Shown here piece after piece: positions 13,543 to 26,999 of a stretch of 59,190 bases of DNA; within the stretch, counting starts at the first letter, position 1, and the number at the start of each line of letters is the position of its first letter. The stretch is taken from contig JAXLNO010000065.1 of assembly GCA_038087875.1 (NCBI GenBank), positions 372,001 to 431,190 on the forward strand, written 5' to 3'. The stretch is from Malacoraja senta. Taxonomy: Eukaryota. The position numbers and the translations under genes are program-made. The notes beneath the pieces were generated by a model. That model made no database searches. It was not told where the DNA came from and worked only from the letters and a program-made list of their open reading frames with translations.

Positions 13543-14111
13543 GATATAGCATGGAAACAGGTCCTTTGATCCACCCATTCACAGTATCCCACTTATGTAT
13601 CCCCTTACACAATAGGGGCAATTTACAGACACCTATTAACCTGCTTCTGCACTGTATGACTCCATGAATCTAGTCCCTAGCAGTTTTCTGCCTCTTTGGG
13701 TGGCCTTGATGAAGGGTTTGAGCTGGCATTTAATGTAATCTTGTGCTACAAAGTCACTTCGGGAATGCAGAGCAGGTCCTTGAATATGTGCAGGATCCCA
13801 AATTTCAATGGTAATGTAACTTAGTGAGTCAGGCAGCATTCTGGAGAAAAGGAATAGGTGATGTTTCAGGTTGAGACCCTCCTTCAGACCGTGAACCTTC
13901 TTGAAGAGCTGGTCTGAAGAAGGGTCTTGACCCCAAACGTTGTCTGAAGAAGAATCTTGAGGACAAGGGCAGTGCCTGATGGACGTCCACGTTCTTCATG
14001 GTCACATAATCACACAGCAGAGAAACAAGCTCTCAGATTACGTTCAACGTCACTGTGACAGTGAAACTTGTTTGGATTATATATAATAAAATAATAAACG
14101 GTCTACCTATG

Positions 14112-14370
14112 GAAAAGAGATGAGGAGGAATTTCTTTAGTCAGAGGGTGGTGAATCTGTGGAAATCATGGCCACAGAAGGCTGTGGAGGCCAAGTCAATG
14201 GTTATTTCCAAGGCAGAGATGAATAGATTATTGATTAGTACAGGTGTCAGGGGTTATGGGGAGAAGGCATGGGGATGGGGTTGAGAGGGAAAGATAGATC
14301 AGGCATGATTGAATGGTGTAGTAGACTTGAATGGCCGAATGGCCTAATTCTGCTCCTAGAATTTATGAAT
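14112..14370 (+). mobile_element. CR1 LINE 3' end
   Basis: tttctttagtcagagggtggtgaatctgtggaa (FF.QRVVNLW) plus the 3' UTR. Confidence 0.8.
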
Positions 14371-15377
14371 TATTCTGCTGATCATGTTCAGATGTTTCTA
14401 AATGATCACCACTCCGGATTCTACACTGCTTATTCCCGTTCTTCCTCCCATCTTCCTAAAATTCTATAGGGATTGGAAGGTGGAGGGGGGGGGGGGGGGC
14501 AACAAGAGGAAATGAGCAAGAGCTGTAAGACTCAAGAAGAAATGCAAGACAGACATTAAAGAGTCAACAAAAGCAAGATGGAAATGGAGACAGACAGGGA
14601 GATAAGAGGAGGGAGGCGCTTAGGCCACTAGCCCCAGGCACCTCTCACACTGGTTGATAGCTCCAAACTTGTTTCTCAGACAGCGATTCAGGCAGTTAAC
14701 ATGATACATCAAGTGCTAGCAACCATTAAAGCTGAGACAGCATAGACAGGAATTCTTGGCAAATCAACACTGAACTTGACAGCAAGGAGTGCCGATTTTT
14801 TGGAAACCGCTTGCTTCCTGTCTCCTTGGCACAGGGTGTCCAATGCAGGAATGGGCCAGTTGGGATTTGTAATCCAGCCGGTGGAATCTGTAGGGATAGC
14901 TGTTTGTACCAAGTTCCGCTGCAGCCCTTTTGAATGTGCCCCTCTCTCCTCTTCTAACTTGCCAAGGTGGCTTGTGGTCATACTTGCTCCCTGGGATGCT
15001 ACCCACAGCTTGCAACCAGAATACTGCCTCGTTATTAAACAGTATGGTGCAACAATGCTTGCATGGTGATTTATGCACAGCCTGGTAAGGCAGGTGGTCT
15101 TCGTAAACACCTGCGCTCAGCACAAAACAGGGACACAAAATGCTGGAATAACACAATGGGCCAGACAGCATCTCTAAAATAACACAGATACGTGACGTTT
15201 CGGGTCGGGATGCTTCTACAATCAGTCTCAAGGATCCAAATCTGAAATGTCATGTATCCATGTTTCTCCAGAGATGCTGCCTGGTCCATTGAGTTTAGAC
15301 TTTACAGATAAGCATAGAAACTTGCCCTTCGGCCCACTGCCCTGCGCCAACCAGCGATCTTCACTATGCCCCACATG

Positions 15378-16049
15378 CAGGGGCGGAAATCCCGGGGGGA
15401 CAGGTGGGACACGTCCCCCCCTGTTTTGAGAGGTGGTGGGACAGTCCCCCCCCCCCCCCATTTTTTGTAATCCGGATTTTAAAACCCGGTGAAATCTCCG
15501 CTTTCCGCGTGACAGTGGGGGTGGGACTGCTGATCGAGGGTGCCGATTGGACAAGAGGGACGTCGGTCAGCAGGCAATGGGGGCGGCACAGACCTGTGCC
15601 TCATCCACAGCCAGGATCGATCCCGGCTCTCCGGCGCTGTCCCGTCCCCACCCGAGTGCCCCCCCCCCCCGCCCCGGGGTGGCCAGAGACGTCGGGGGTC
15701 AGACGGGAGCTGTGCCCCCAGGCCCACAGCCAGCGCAGAGAAGCAGCACTAAATGCAGCTCAACTCTGCCTGTCCCGCCAGGTTAACCTACAGCCCTGCC
15801 TGGACTTGCAGGAAATATGGCCCAGGTTTACAGCCTGCGCGGAGAAGCATGGCTGGTGTTCCGTCAGTCCAGGCAGGGCTGTAGGTTAACCCGGCGAGAC
15901 AGGCAGAGTTGAGCTGCATTTAGCGCTGGATTGAGCCTCCGAAACCTCGCGTGTGTGTGTGAGTGTGCGCATGCGCGCGCGGCCGCCAAGAAATGGTGCC
16001 CCCCTGTCCCCCAGTCCCCCCCATATTTTGATAGCGATTTCCGTGCCTG
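15378..16049 (+). mobile_element. Non-autonomous hAT-type DNA transposon (MITE), copy 1
   Basis: Imperfect 14-bp TIRs CAGGGGCGGAAATC / GATTTCCGTGCCTG; exact 8-bp TSD CCCACATG (15370-15377, 16050-16057). Confidence 0.9.
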
Positions 16050-17062
16050 CCCACATGGACGCATACTAATTTCTCCCCTTCCTCCTGTATTTATAAAGTT
16101 CTGTGATACAAGAAGCTTTCTTGTGATCAAATGTTGGACAAATAGGTAGCCTGAAAGAAATGAGGGACAAGAGGTAAAGTGGTATACAGAGGGAATTCCA
16201 CAGCTTGGCTCTTGGCAGTGAATGCATGGGTGACAAGGGTAAAGCACTGAGGAGAGGGAGATGCAGAGAGCTGCCCAGTTAGTTCACTCTGCCCACACCA
16301 TCACAGTGACACATCCTTGCCTCACCACTCGCCTGAATGGCTCATCAGCTGGAATCAGCATTGTCTAGTGTGTTTGTAGATGATGGCTTCCCTTGAAACT
16401 GCTTTATACTCCTTAAGGCAACATTTCACCTGTGATACAGCATTATCTACATTCTTTAAAGGTCTCAAGTGCATACATCTCCTGTGATGAAATAGTCATA
16501 GTCGTAGACAAGTCGAAGGGGCTGTTTTTATCCATGTCTCTAAACTAAACTAAATTAAAAATAACTGAGTTCTGACTCAAGGTCTCTGTCCCAAAACGTT
16601 AATTATTTCTCTCCCCACAGATGCTGCATGACCTGCACAGTGTTTGCAGCATTTTCTATTCTTATCCTTAGATATCGTATATTTTGATCAAGTCAAGTAG
16701 TCTTATTAAACTACTGAGGATATAAGATGAAACTGCAGATGCTGGTTTACAACAAAAGGACACATAGTGCTGGAGTAACTCAGCAGGTCAGACAGCATCT
16801 CTGGCAAACATGGATAGGTGACATTTTGTGTTGGGACCCTTTCTAGTCGAGGTAGGGCCTCCACCCAAAACGTCACCTATCCATGTTCCCCAGAGACATT
16901 GCCGGACCTGTTGTGGTACTAGCACTTTGTGTCCTTTTTAACAGAGGATAAAAGCCAGGCCTATCCATCTTGCCCCAGAACACAAACTTCCCATTCCAGG
17001 TATTTGTGCAGTAAATCCTCTCCAAGCTGCTTCCAATGCATTTATATCCTTAAGGAGGCTAA

Positions 17063-17306
17063 AGGGCCTGTCCCACTTTCACGACCTTTTTTACTCGTGG
17101 ACATTTTTCATCATGCTGGAAAAACGCCCCGACCTACTTGATGCCACGAGTACCTACGACTAGCATCATGGCCTGCTACGACCTACCTACGGCCTCCTAC
17201 AACCTCCTATGACCTCCCACGGCCTCGTGACGACCATGCTGCGAGCATGAGTCAAGGGCAAACTCGGCAGAGGTCGTGAATTAGGTCGTGAAAGTGGGAT
17301 TGCCCT
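17063..17306. mobile_element. PIF/Harbinger-type MITE
   Basis: TIRs agggcctgtcccactttcacgacct / aggtcgtgaaagtgggattgccct, flanked by TAA and TTA; internal (cctacga)-like repeats. Confidence 0.8.
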
Positions 17307-17694
17307 TTAGACTGTACAATGTAGTAGTGTCATGCTGCAAATGAGTCAGTACCAACTGTGTTGTGATTGCTTGATACCCGACCCAGGGGCCTTGATGGGG
17401 AAGTTTTTACTTGTTATCCTTAACACAACACCTTTCAAGAATGCAAAATTGGAAAAAATAAATGTTAAAGTATTTTTCCCTTTGTCTGAAGTATAACTAA
17501 AATGTTAAGCTTTTAACCTTGGTTGAAGTCAATTCATAGACAACATGATGACAGGATGTTAATCTTAATGGCATCTAATCTGATACTCCCTCTCTTCGTA
17601 GACTTGAACGGAGATAGGAGGAAGTTTTTATGAGATAGCGATGCTTTATGGAAATAGTGCAGACAGCTTTGTACACTGACTACATCACGCCTTT

Positions 17695-17915
17695 ACAAAG
17701 CACCTTTAACATCGTAAAATGTCCCAAGGCACTTTGCAGGAGCATTATCAAACTGAATTTGAGACTGAACCACATAATAGAACATTAGAGCAGGTGATGA
17801 AAAGCCTGATCAAAAAAAGCAGATTGTTATTTTTATTATATTTCGAGGGAAGTGACAGAGAAATTGAGAAGTTTTATTATTAGGGAGAGACTCTCTTATT
17901 AGAGAGTTCCAGAGG
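17695..17915 (-). mobile_element. Old L2-type LINE 3' end
   Basis: Reverse complement tgcaaagtgccttgggacattttacgatgttaaaggtgct resembles the L2 3' stem-loop tail. Confidence 0.55.
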
Positions 17916-18224
17916 CTGATGTAGCGGGACTGGAGTTTTCCCTTGCCTATCCATGCTGTCAATGGCTGGGATTGAACTACCCCTGGCTGGGAAAAAGTGG
18001 AGTCTCGGGATTTAATAAACAACAAATTCCTCATACTGTGGTATCTACCACAGAGAGATACTCTATCCCTACTCACTCTGGATTGAACCCTGAATGCTCA
18101 CAAATGTGGATTGACTCTGGAGCCACTCTAATGAAGCATGACTTCTGGTGACTAACTATGTCACCCTTCCCTGACTCCAGCTGCCCCCATGACCCACAAG
18201 ATCACACCAATAAGGTCAATGTCT

Positions 18225-18713
18225 TATCATGTTGTGCGCCCTTTCGCACGATGACGTATGGGTGACACGTGGTGACGCATGGTGATGCACGATCATTGCC
18301 TATGCTCATTTATTTAGCGCCACCGTGCATCACCACGCGTCACCCGTACGTCGTCGTGCGTCATGATGCATCAAGATGCGTCACGGCGCGTCCCCTTTTA
18401 TAGGGAAGCTGGTTAATCAAATGACGTCATGAGCCCCAGATGACGCAACCTGTCTTATCTTGCCATATTGTGTCGCGGGTGGACGTACATTGATGCCGTT
18501 TGACGACTGTGACATCACAGGCGCTGTCCTATGGTGCCGCACGGTGACGCACCCTGTCCCATGGTGACGCGTGGAAATTGGTGACGCATGGTGACGCGGA
18601 GTGACGCACCTTGACACAGCTGTGTCGCACTACTTGACGGTTTTCAGGCGACATCGGGTGTCAGTCACTGACGGCCGTCGTCGCCCATAAAATTGCAAAG
18701 TGGGACAGGCCCT
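18225..18713. mobile_element. Partial PIF/Harbinger-type MITE (one TIR)
   Basis: Right TIR aagtgggacaggccct followed by TAA; CpG/TGACG-rich body shared with 42703-43241. Confidence 0.75.
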
Positions 18714-18844
18714 TAAGACTCCACTAGCTGTGATCAACTTTAATTCCAGCTGCCTCCTTGCACTAATATCACATTATGCATTGCCTCCTTCCCAGGTCCA
18801 TGCAACCAGACTGCCCCTCCCGTTCGGCAGTATATTTTAGCTTT

Positions 18845-19152
18845 TTTTAGTTAGATGCAGCGCGGAAACACCGCCTTCGGCCCACCGAGCCTGCACCCAC
18901 CAGCGATCCCAGCACATTAACACTATCCTACAAACACTAAGGACAATTTACACTTATACCAAGCTATTATCCAACAAACCTGTACGTCTTGGAGCGCTGG
19001 AGGAAATCGAAGATCTCGGAGAAAACCCACACGGTCACGGGGAGAACATGCAAACTCTATGCAGACAGCACCCGTAGTCGGGATTGAACATGGGTTTCTG
19101 GCGCTGCAAGGGCTGTAAGGCAGCATCTCTACTGCTGCGCCACCATGCCACC
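18845..19152 (-). mobile_element. HE1-like SINE, full length
   Basis: Head, body and tail all present. Confidence 0.85.
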
Positions 19153-19519
19153 CTAATATTACATAGTCATAAGCTATGTCTATGATTTAAATTTTCTGTT
19201 ATATAGTCATAATTAAATTACATTTCAAATAAGCAATGTCAGTACGTTGCATTGTTAAAATGGGGGTTACAATCTACGTGGAAAGCACAGTTATAACGGA
19301 GTTACATTTAAAGTGACAAAATACTATTTGCAATATATTTTCTTGCTGCTTCCCTCCATTGGTTGCATTCTTTACTGTATTTGTTGAAATAGCCTGAAGT
19401 AACTGACTTACAATTACTGAAGTGATGCTGTTGGGACATGTTGGATGGTGCGGGCAAGTTGTGCCGAAGGGCCTGTTTCCACGCTGTAATGAAGCGATGG
19501 CCGGTTCTAATACAGCGAT

Positions 19520-20270
19520 GGACCAAATGTTGAAGAATTTAACATTGAGTCCTGAAGGCTGCATACGGATGATGCTGTTCCTCGAGCGCGAGCTTGTCCT
19601 CATTGTAACGTTGCAGGAGCCCACAGGGTGAAAGATCAGAGTGAGAGTGGGAAAGTGAATTAAAATAGGGAGCAACAGGAGACTCAGGGTTACCCCTTGC
19701 AGACTGAACGCTGGTGTTGTGCAAAGTGATCAGCCAATCTGTATTTGGTTCCTTCACTTTTTATTTTTTACCAAAAATAAATTTGATCAATTATTACAAG
19801 AATAATATGTACAATACAAAACAATACCAACAAACCCATAACCGTAATACAAGTAAAACCAATATTCTTTAATTACTATTTTACAATCCTTGTTAAGGAT
19901 ACATTCCACTCCAGTGGTGTCCAGCGGTCCTGGATATCTCCCAGGGTGTCCGTTGACAGCGCTATACCCTCTCTAGTACCACCCTGGCACGGACGTTACC
20001 CTGGAAAAGGGGCAGGCAGCCGGCTCGGGTGGAGCCCTCTTCCACCTGGCTCCGTGACCCACGGATGGCCAGCTTGGCCAGGCCCAGGAGCAACCCAACC
20101 CAGGACACTGGTTCCTTCACCGTAGAGGAGGTCACACTGTGAACACAATGCAATGCAATAGATTGGAGGAAGCACGAGTGAATCGCTGCTTCATCTCGGA
20201 AGAATGCTTGTGTCCCTGGACGGTGGGAAGGGACGAGATGTTGCGTCTCCTGCGGTTGCATGGTCAAGTG
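19520..20270 (-). mobile_element. Penelope-like element GIY-YIG region, interrupted by a Tx1 insertion
   Basis: Frameshifted PESPVAPYFNSLSHSHSDLS.CGLL...LEEQH / MQPSGLNVKF match the PLE endonuclease C-terminus and the copy at 9890. Confidence 0.75.
19758..20108 (-). mobile_element. Tx1-clade LINE 3' end with A-rich tail and 12-bp TSD
   Basis: LLLGLAKLAI..SR...CLPLFQG.VRARV.LE matches the Tx1 ORF2 C-terminus. TSD TGGTTCCTTCAC at 19746-19757 and 20109-20120. Confidence 0.8.
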
Positions 20271-20359
20271 CCATTGTAGTAATCAAGGAGGAGGAGGGGA
20301 GCAGGCAATGTCCAGGCAGTGGACTGTCACTGGAGTGATGGAAGACCAATATCAGCAGA

Positions 20360-20680
20360 TTTGGATTATCAAGATCCTGAGGGGACTTGACAGAGTGGAT
20401 GTGGAGAGGGTGTTTCCTCTTGGGGGAGAATCTAGAATGAGGAGGGACTTTTTCAGACCACTTTTATCCCCTTCAGAGACCTTGAATCTTTGGAACTTTT
20501 TCTTCAAAGCGATGTGAAAGCAGTCTTTTAGCATGATTAAGGCAGGGTTGATAGATTCTTGATATGCATAGAGGTTGGGTGGGAATGCAGAGTAAAGGCC
20601 TTAATCAGATTAACCATGACCTGATCAAATGGTAGAATAGGCTCGAGGGGCCAAGTGGCCTCCTCCTAATCCTAAACTGT
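20360..20680 (+). mobile_element. CR1 3' end
   Basis: KILRGLDRVDVERVFPL..ESR plus the 3' UTR. Confidence 0.75.
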
Positions 20681-20713
20681 CTGCTAGTATGAAACATTGA
20701 CTCATTGAACATA

Positions 20714-21025
20714 GTTTAGTTTAGTTTAGTTTACGTGTACAGTGCGGAAACCGGCCCTTCGGCCCACCGAGTCCGCACCGACCAGCGATCCCCATGCACT
20801 AACACTCTCCTACACACCAGGGTCAATTTACAATTTTACCACAGCCAAATTAACCTACAACCCTGTACGTCATTGGAGTGCGGGAGGAAACCGGAGCATC
20901 CGGACAAAACCTACGAGGTCTCGGGAAGAACATACAAACTCCGTACGGATAGCACCCATAGTCAGGATCAAACCCAGGTCTCTGGCGCTGTAAGGCAGCA
21001 ACTCTACCACTGCAGCACTGTGTCG
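20714..21025 (-). mobile_element. HE1-like SINE
   Basis: (tttag)n tail, body and tRNA head. Confidence 0.85.
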
Positions 21026-21984
21026 CTGCATATTCAGGCTTAATTTTCAATTTTAAATACTCTTCAGAACTGAGAGGGAGAGATTGGCCCTTCAGGGTCC
21101 ACTGTTGGAAAATTGTTGCATGCTTGTGTCAATTAATCACCTACAGCTCATAGGTTCCCAGGTCTAGTTAGCAAAGTAGCCAGAAGTCCAGGTAAGAGAG
21201 AAGCTTTTCATCAAAGCTTGTGAATACAGATGAATAAATGTTAAATGTAATTCTAATTTGACACGTTGACAGAGATTAGTTTATATAATCCGATTCTAAC
21301 CGAACACCATTCTGCAAAGTCAATGATGCGTCAAAGCTCAGTACATTACACAGTGCAATTGCAGTTCAACTTGTGTTAGAGATATACCTTTGGCACCTTC
21401 GTACTTTCATTCAGACTTCCACACGATCAATTCATCTAAAAGCATTTCATTGTTGCAACATGCCATGTGTCACTGATGTATATTGTGGTTTGACGTCAGC
21501 AGAATCTTCCCTTCCAGTGATAATATAGCCTGTGGAAGATGTTCAGATGATTACTATTGGATTGATAACAACCTTTAAACCCTTTAATTATCTTAATCAC
21601 TTAGCAAGTTGAGTCAGTTTGCTGCATTGCAGTGGAAACCGTAGAGTTGGAGGGACTGAAACTATGGAACAAACAAGGCTTAGGAATAAATGAAGAGTGC
21701 AGGACGGACTCAGCGGTGGAGGGAATGGACATACGTCTGAAGAAGGGACCCTGCCTGAAACATCATCCATCCATTCCCTCTGCAGATGCTGCCTGATCCA
21801 CTGAGTTCCTCCAGCGATTTGTGTTTTGCTCAAGATTCCAACACGTGCAGTTTCTTGTGTCTCTAGGGTAAGGATTAAACTTGACAAAAATTCCACCTCT
21901 TGACTTCCACACCGTCAATATGCCATGGACAGTGCCCCAACTAACCAGCCACCCCCTCTCCCCAACCAAACTTATATGAAACAT

Positions 21985-22268
21985 TGGGCGGCACAGTGGC
22001 GCAGTGGAGGAGTTGCTGCCTCACACTGCCAGAGACCCAGGTTCAATCCCGACAGTGGTGCTGTCTGTACGGAGTTTGCACATTCCCCCTGTGAATGTGT
22101 GGGTTTTCTCTGGGTGCTCCAGTTTCCTTCCTCATTCCAAGGACGTGCAGGTTTGTAGGATAATCTGTAAATTGTCCCTAGTGTATAGGATTGAACTAGT
22201 GTATGGGGTGATCGCTGGTCGGCATGGACAATGGGCGAAGGGCCTGTCCCCACGCTATATCTCTAATC
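21985..22268 (+). mobile_element. HE1-like SINE
   Basis: gggcggcacagtggcgcagtgg head; ggttcaatcc B box. Confidence 0.85.
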
Positions 22269-22649
22269 TTTTGGAGACACAAGGAACTGCAGATGCTAGT
22301 TTACAATAAAAACAATGCTGGAATAACTCAGCGGGTCAGGCAGCATCTCTGGAAGATATTGATAGGCAATGTTTTGGGTCAGGACCTTTCTACATCCCTT
22401 CCTCATTCTCACAGTTCTACATTTAACCCTTTCAAATCAGGCCTCCAGTTCTGCTGCAGAGTTGAAATGCCCTAATCAATAACCAAAGTGACATTAAATG
22501 TGGCCATGTGAATTATCCCTCTTCAACCTTTGACCATGACTAGCCTTGCACACAATTGACACATTCTCCACCACTACTGCTGCTCCTTGCTTGGTTAAGT
22601 CAGACAACCCAGGACCGTTTCACTCTTGCCCGTCGGACAGTAACCAGTA

Positions 22650-22940
22650 CGGGAATCAAGAACCAGAGGGCATAGGTTTGAGGTGAGTGGAGAAGATTTA
22701 ATAGGAACCTGTTTTACACAATGGGTGGGTGTATGGGTGTATGGAATGAGCTGCCAGAGAGGTAGTTGAGGCACGTACTATCACTGGTACATGGATAGGA
22801 CAGGTTTAGGTTTAGAAGGATATGGGCCAAACGCAGGCAGGTGGGACTAGTGTAGATGGGACATGTTGGCCAATGTGGGCAAGTTGGGCCAAAGGGCCTG
22901 TATCCACGCTGCAAGATTCTATGACTCTATGACTCTAACT
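22650..22940 (+). mobile_element. CR1 3' end with (ctatga)n tail
   Basis: TRGHRF-coding segment and 3' UTR. Confidence 0.75.
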
Positions 22941-23706
22941 GGCCCTGTCCTTTCACATCTTGATGTGGTTCCCCTCAGTTACACCACCATAGATACTCCA
23001 CCTCTGTAATGTCACCCAGTACCACAATTATCTGAGCATATCTGTGTCGGACTGCTTGCTGCATGCCCGTTCATCGATGGGCAGAATCTGTATCTACTTA
23101 GCACTTGGAACATCAAAACCATTGTCTATTTAAAGATGCATGAAGGGGATTCAATCGGCCTGTAGATTCCTTTTTCAGGGAGTATAGACTTAAAGTGTAG
23201 GGGTTAATTCACTGAACAACTTTTTTATTACAATCTCCTCTGTTTAATCCTTCCTTTAATTATAGCAAGCCTTGCTTTCACTGCTGTATTTTGTACCTTA
23301 TATCCCTTTTATTAAGATGTAGAAATGATGATTTAATCATCTCCTAACTGCAGAGATCAGAAACCTACAAGAAGATAGAGATACTGGTAGGAGCGTGTAG
23401 AGAGGTGGGACCATAACAATAATCTCCAACATGAAAGACCAGAAATATCAGCAGGAGATAATTCACCATCATTGAAACTTATCATTATCCCTTCATAACA
23501 TGTTACTAATCCTAAAATAACTGTGTTTGAACTCGTGCATCAAATAAGATCAATTTGCTTGGATTCAGAAGGAACCACCCATTTCCTAATTGTATTGCAT
23601 TTTAATGCATTTCTCAAGGTGCGATAGAACAAGGAAGAAAAATGTTATTTCCTGCAGCATTTCGGCTGTACAAGAGCTCCGTCAGACAAGACATGGGGAG
23701 CTAAAC

Positions 23707-23997
23707 AGTTTAGTTTAGTTTAGAGACAGTTTAGAGATACAGCCCCTTCAGCCCACCGAGACCAGCGATCCCTGCACACCAACACTTTCATACACACATT
23801 AAGGACAATTTACAAGTTTACCAACAACCCTGTACGTCTTTGGAATGCGGGAGGAAACCGGAGCTCTCGGGGAAAACCCACACAGGTCATGGGGAGAATG
23901 TACAAACTCTGTACAGACAGCACCAGTAGTCGGGATCGAAACTGGGTCTCTGGCACTTTAAAGCAGCAACTCTACTGCTTCACTACTGTACTGCCCC
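23707..23997 (-). mobile_element. HE1-like SINE
   Basis: Conserved family sequence. Confidence 0.8.
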
Positions 23998-24084
23998 AAA
24001 TGTCAAACAAACAGGGCCATAGACATTCTGGCCCAAAAGGATGGTGAAGCTGGTGTTGAGCTGGGCTTTCACCCAGTGTGGATG

Positions 24085-24825
24085 GTACCTCAGAAGTTTG
24101 GCATGTCCCCAACAACTCTCACCAACTTCTACTGATGCACCATAGAAAGCATTTTATTGGGGTGCATCATAGCATGGTTTGGGAACAGCTCCATCCAAGA
24201 CCACTAGAAATTGCAGAGAAATGTGGACCATAACAGCACGGAAACAGGCCATCTCGGCCCTTCAAGACGTAGCCCAGACCATCACACAAAACCAACGTCC
24301 CTTCCATTGACTGCATTTATACCTCACGCTGCCTCGACAAGGCCAGCAGCATAATCAAGGACGAGTCTTGCCCCAGTCACTCCCTCTTCTATGTCTCCCA
24401 TCAACTGAACCATGCTACTAATAATTAGAGAGAGGTCTTGAGCAACCACCCACTTCATTGGAGACCCTTGGACTATCTTTGATCAGACTTCACTTGACAT
24501 TGTAGGTTTGTAGATTAAATGGCTTTGGTAAAGATTATAAATTATCCCTAGTGTGTAGGATGGTGCTAGTGTACAGGATTACTGATCGGTGCATACTTGG
24601 TGAGCCGAAAAGCCTGTTTCCGTGCTTATTTCTAAACTAAACTAAACTAAACTAAGCTTTATCTTGCATGAAACGTTATTCATGTTATTCCCTTTATCAT
24701 GGAGCTGCATTGTGGATGGATCGATGGCAATCATGTATTGTCTTTCTGCTGACTGGTTAGCACAAAAGCTTTTAACTTTACCTCAGTACATGTGACAATA
24801 AACTAAACTCAAACTCAAACTCAAA
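24085..24825 (+). mobile_element. Rex1/Babar 3' fragment with a nested SINE tail (~24500-24655)
   Basis: KFGMSPTTLTNFY..ESILLGCIIAWFGN-coding sequence; same family as 2370-2955. Confidence 0.8.
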
Positions 24826-25458
24826 GCTTGGCAGAGATATGTTAAGATGCACGGTGCACAAGACGGTGAGAGGAACTCGCAGGCCCTGACCATATAAATG
24901 TGCTCTCAACCCTTCCCTTCATTAACTCCACCATTGCAAAGCTGACAGAGGAAAATAAGCAAAACATTCATCATGGAGAGTGGTTCATTGAGGCTTGGGG
25001 TGTGTTGGGGAGGAATTGGGGCGGAGTTGGGGAGGAGTTGCAACCTAAACTCAGGTGGACACCACATTTTGGGTCAGGATTTAGGGCTGGATCAGGTCAC
25101 CTGGTCCTTTTTAAGGTCACGGAGAAACATGGGGAGTGGAGGGGTAAGGTGCAGCTGGTGAAAGCAGAGTATCAGCATTGGGGAAGGGAGGTGGTGGTAA
25201 TGTGATTCAGGTTAGCACATCGAAAGCTGGATGAAAATGTAGAACTGGCAGATACTGGCAATGTGGAATAAAATCAGAGAGTGCAGGAAACACACAGCAT
25301 GTCAAGCAGCATTGTGGAGAGAGAATCATGAGCAAGAGAATTCCAAGCCAAGAGTCCCAGACTATCCACACAGACACCCATCGACTGTGTAAGACTTGTG
25401 TGCCATTGTAGGCTACAGAATGAAGTCAGGCAGAATTGCTGCAACATCGCATTCTTCC

Positions 25459-25905
25459 TTTAGTTTAGAGATACAGCGCGGCAACAGGTCCTTTGGCCCA
25501 CCGAGTCCATGCTGACCAGTGCCCTTAGCATTATCCTACACACTAGCACACTAGGGATAAATTTACAATTTTGCCAAAGCCAATTAACCTACAAACCTGT
25601 ACGTCTTTCTAATGTGGGAGGAAACAGGAGCACCCGGAGAAAACCCACGTGGTCACAGGGAAACTCCTTCTTGACGAGCTCAATGCCTTCTATGTGTAGG
25701 AAGGAACTGCAGATGCTGGTTTATACTGAAGACAGACACAAAATGATGGACTAACTCAGCGGGTCAGGCAGCATCTCTGTCGAAAAGGAATAGGTGATTT
25801 TTCGGGTCTGAAGGAGGATTCTGACCTGAAATGTCACCTATTCCGTTTCTCCAAAGATGCTGCCTGACCCGCTGAGATACTCCAGTATTCTATGTCTATC
25901 TTCAA
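25459..25905. mobile_element. Truncated HE1-like SINE followed by a fold-back PLE remnant
   Basis: SINE tail/body 25459-25665; inverted PLE pair ~25695-25903. Confidence 0.7.
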
Positions 25906-26999
25906 TGTCTTTTATGCTCACTTTGAACAGAAGCTCAATGGAATGATGGCACTCACCCAGACAGCCTTGGCAACACCTGTATCCACGGTTACCATCGTAG
26001 ACATCAGATCAACCTTCCTGAGAGCAAAACAGCATAAATCAACTATTGTGGATAGAGGCCCCGATCATCCCCTCAGATGCTGCATGGACTATTCAGGCCT
26101 GGGCTTGTTCCAGGAGGAGAGGGGGGGTGAGGGAGAGGTTGTGTGGGAGGGGATGAGTTGGGAGATGGTTTGAAGGTGTAAAGTGTGAAGCTGAGAGCCA
26201 GCACGGATGGGGGTGGGTGCAGTGAGTGGGTTGTTGGGCTCTGGGAACAAGGACCTACCTGACAGGGGATTGACACACCAGTCATAACAGCCAGTGGGCA
26301 GGGTAGAATGATCCCCTTTCAGTAACACAGAGACAGGCCTCTAATTGTGCCCAGTGTGAGTGCACTGGGGTGATTCACCAGATTTTTACTGTCACCGTAT
26401 TTGTCCTGAGCCTCCACATATGCCTCACGGCAAGAAAAATCTGCAACGATTTTGATTAAGAGGGTGACCCAGGGATATGGTTGGGTTTTAAATGACATTT
26501 CTTTGCATCGTGCCGGAGATCGTTCTGCTGCAGGAAGTAATTTCTGCACACCCCGAAAATAGTGCAGCCGTCCCTCAGTGCAGTAGGTCGAGACTCATTA
26601 CACAATGAAGCTCCGACGAAGGAGCAATTTTTGTTTTAGTTTAGTTTAGGGACACAACTCTACCACTGCGCAACAGTGGTGAAAGTATTGATAATGTTTC
26701 TTGGAGGTGTGACACACAGCCTGAAGGAAGTGACATGGTTCAGGGATTTCTATGTCAGTCTCATTGCAACCCACAAATTCAGTCTTCTATAAGGGATGAA
26801 CGGGTTGGGGATCACACTCTCCCCACAGTGGATAAGATATATCCGTCCCCAATTCAAAAGCTACCAGTCGCAGGAGGTCTCTTGTCAAGACTCCGGCCCA
26901 GCATATGAGCGCTTTTGGAGATTTGTGAGTGTTTGTTCTTTCCTTATCCCTTAAGATGCTGGAAGTGAAATACAGCTCAAAGAATAACATTTTTAATCA

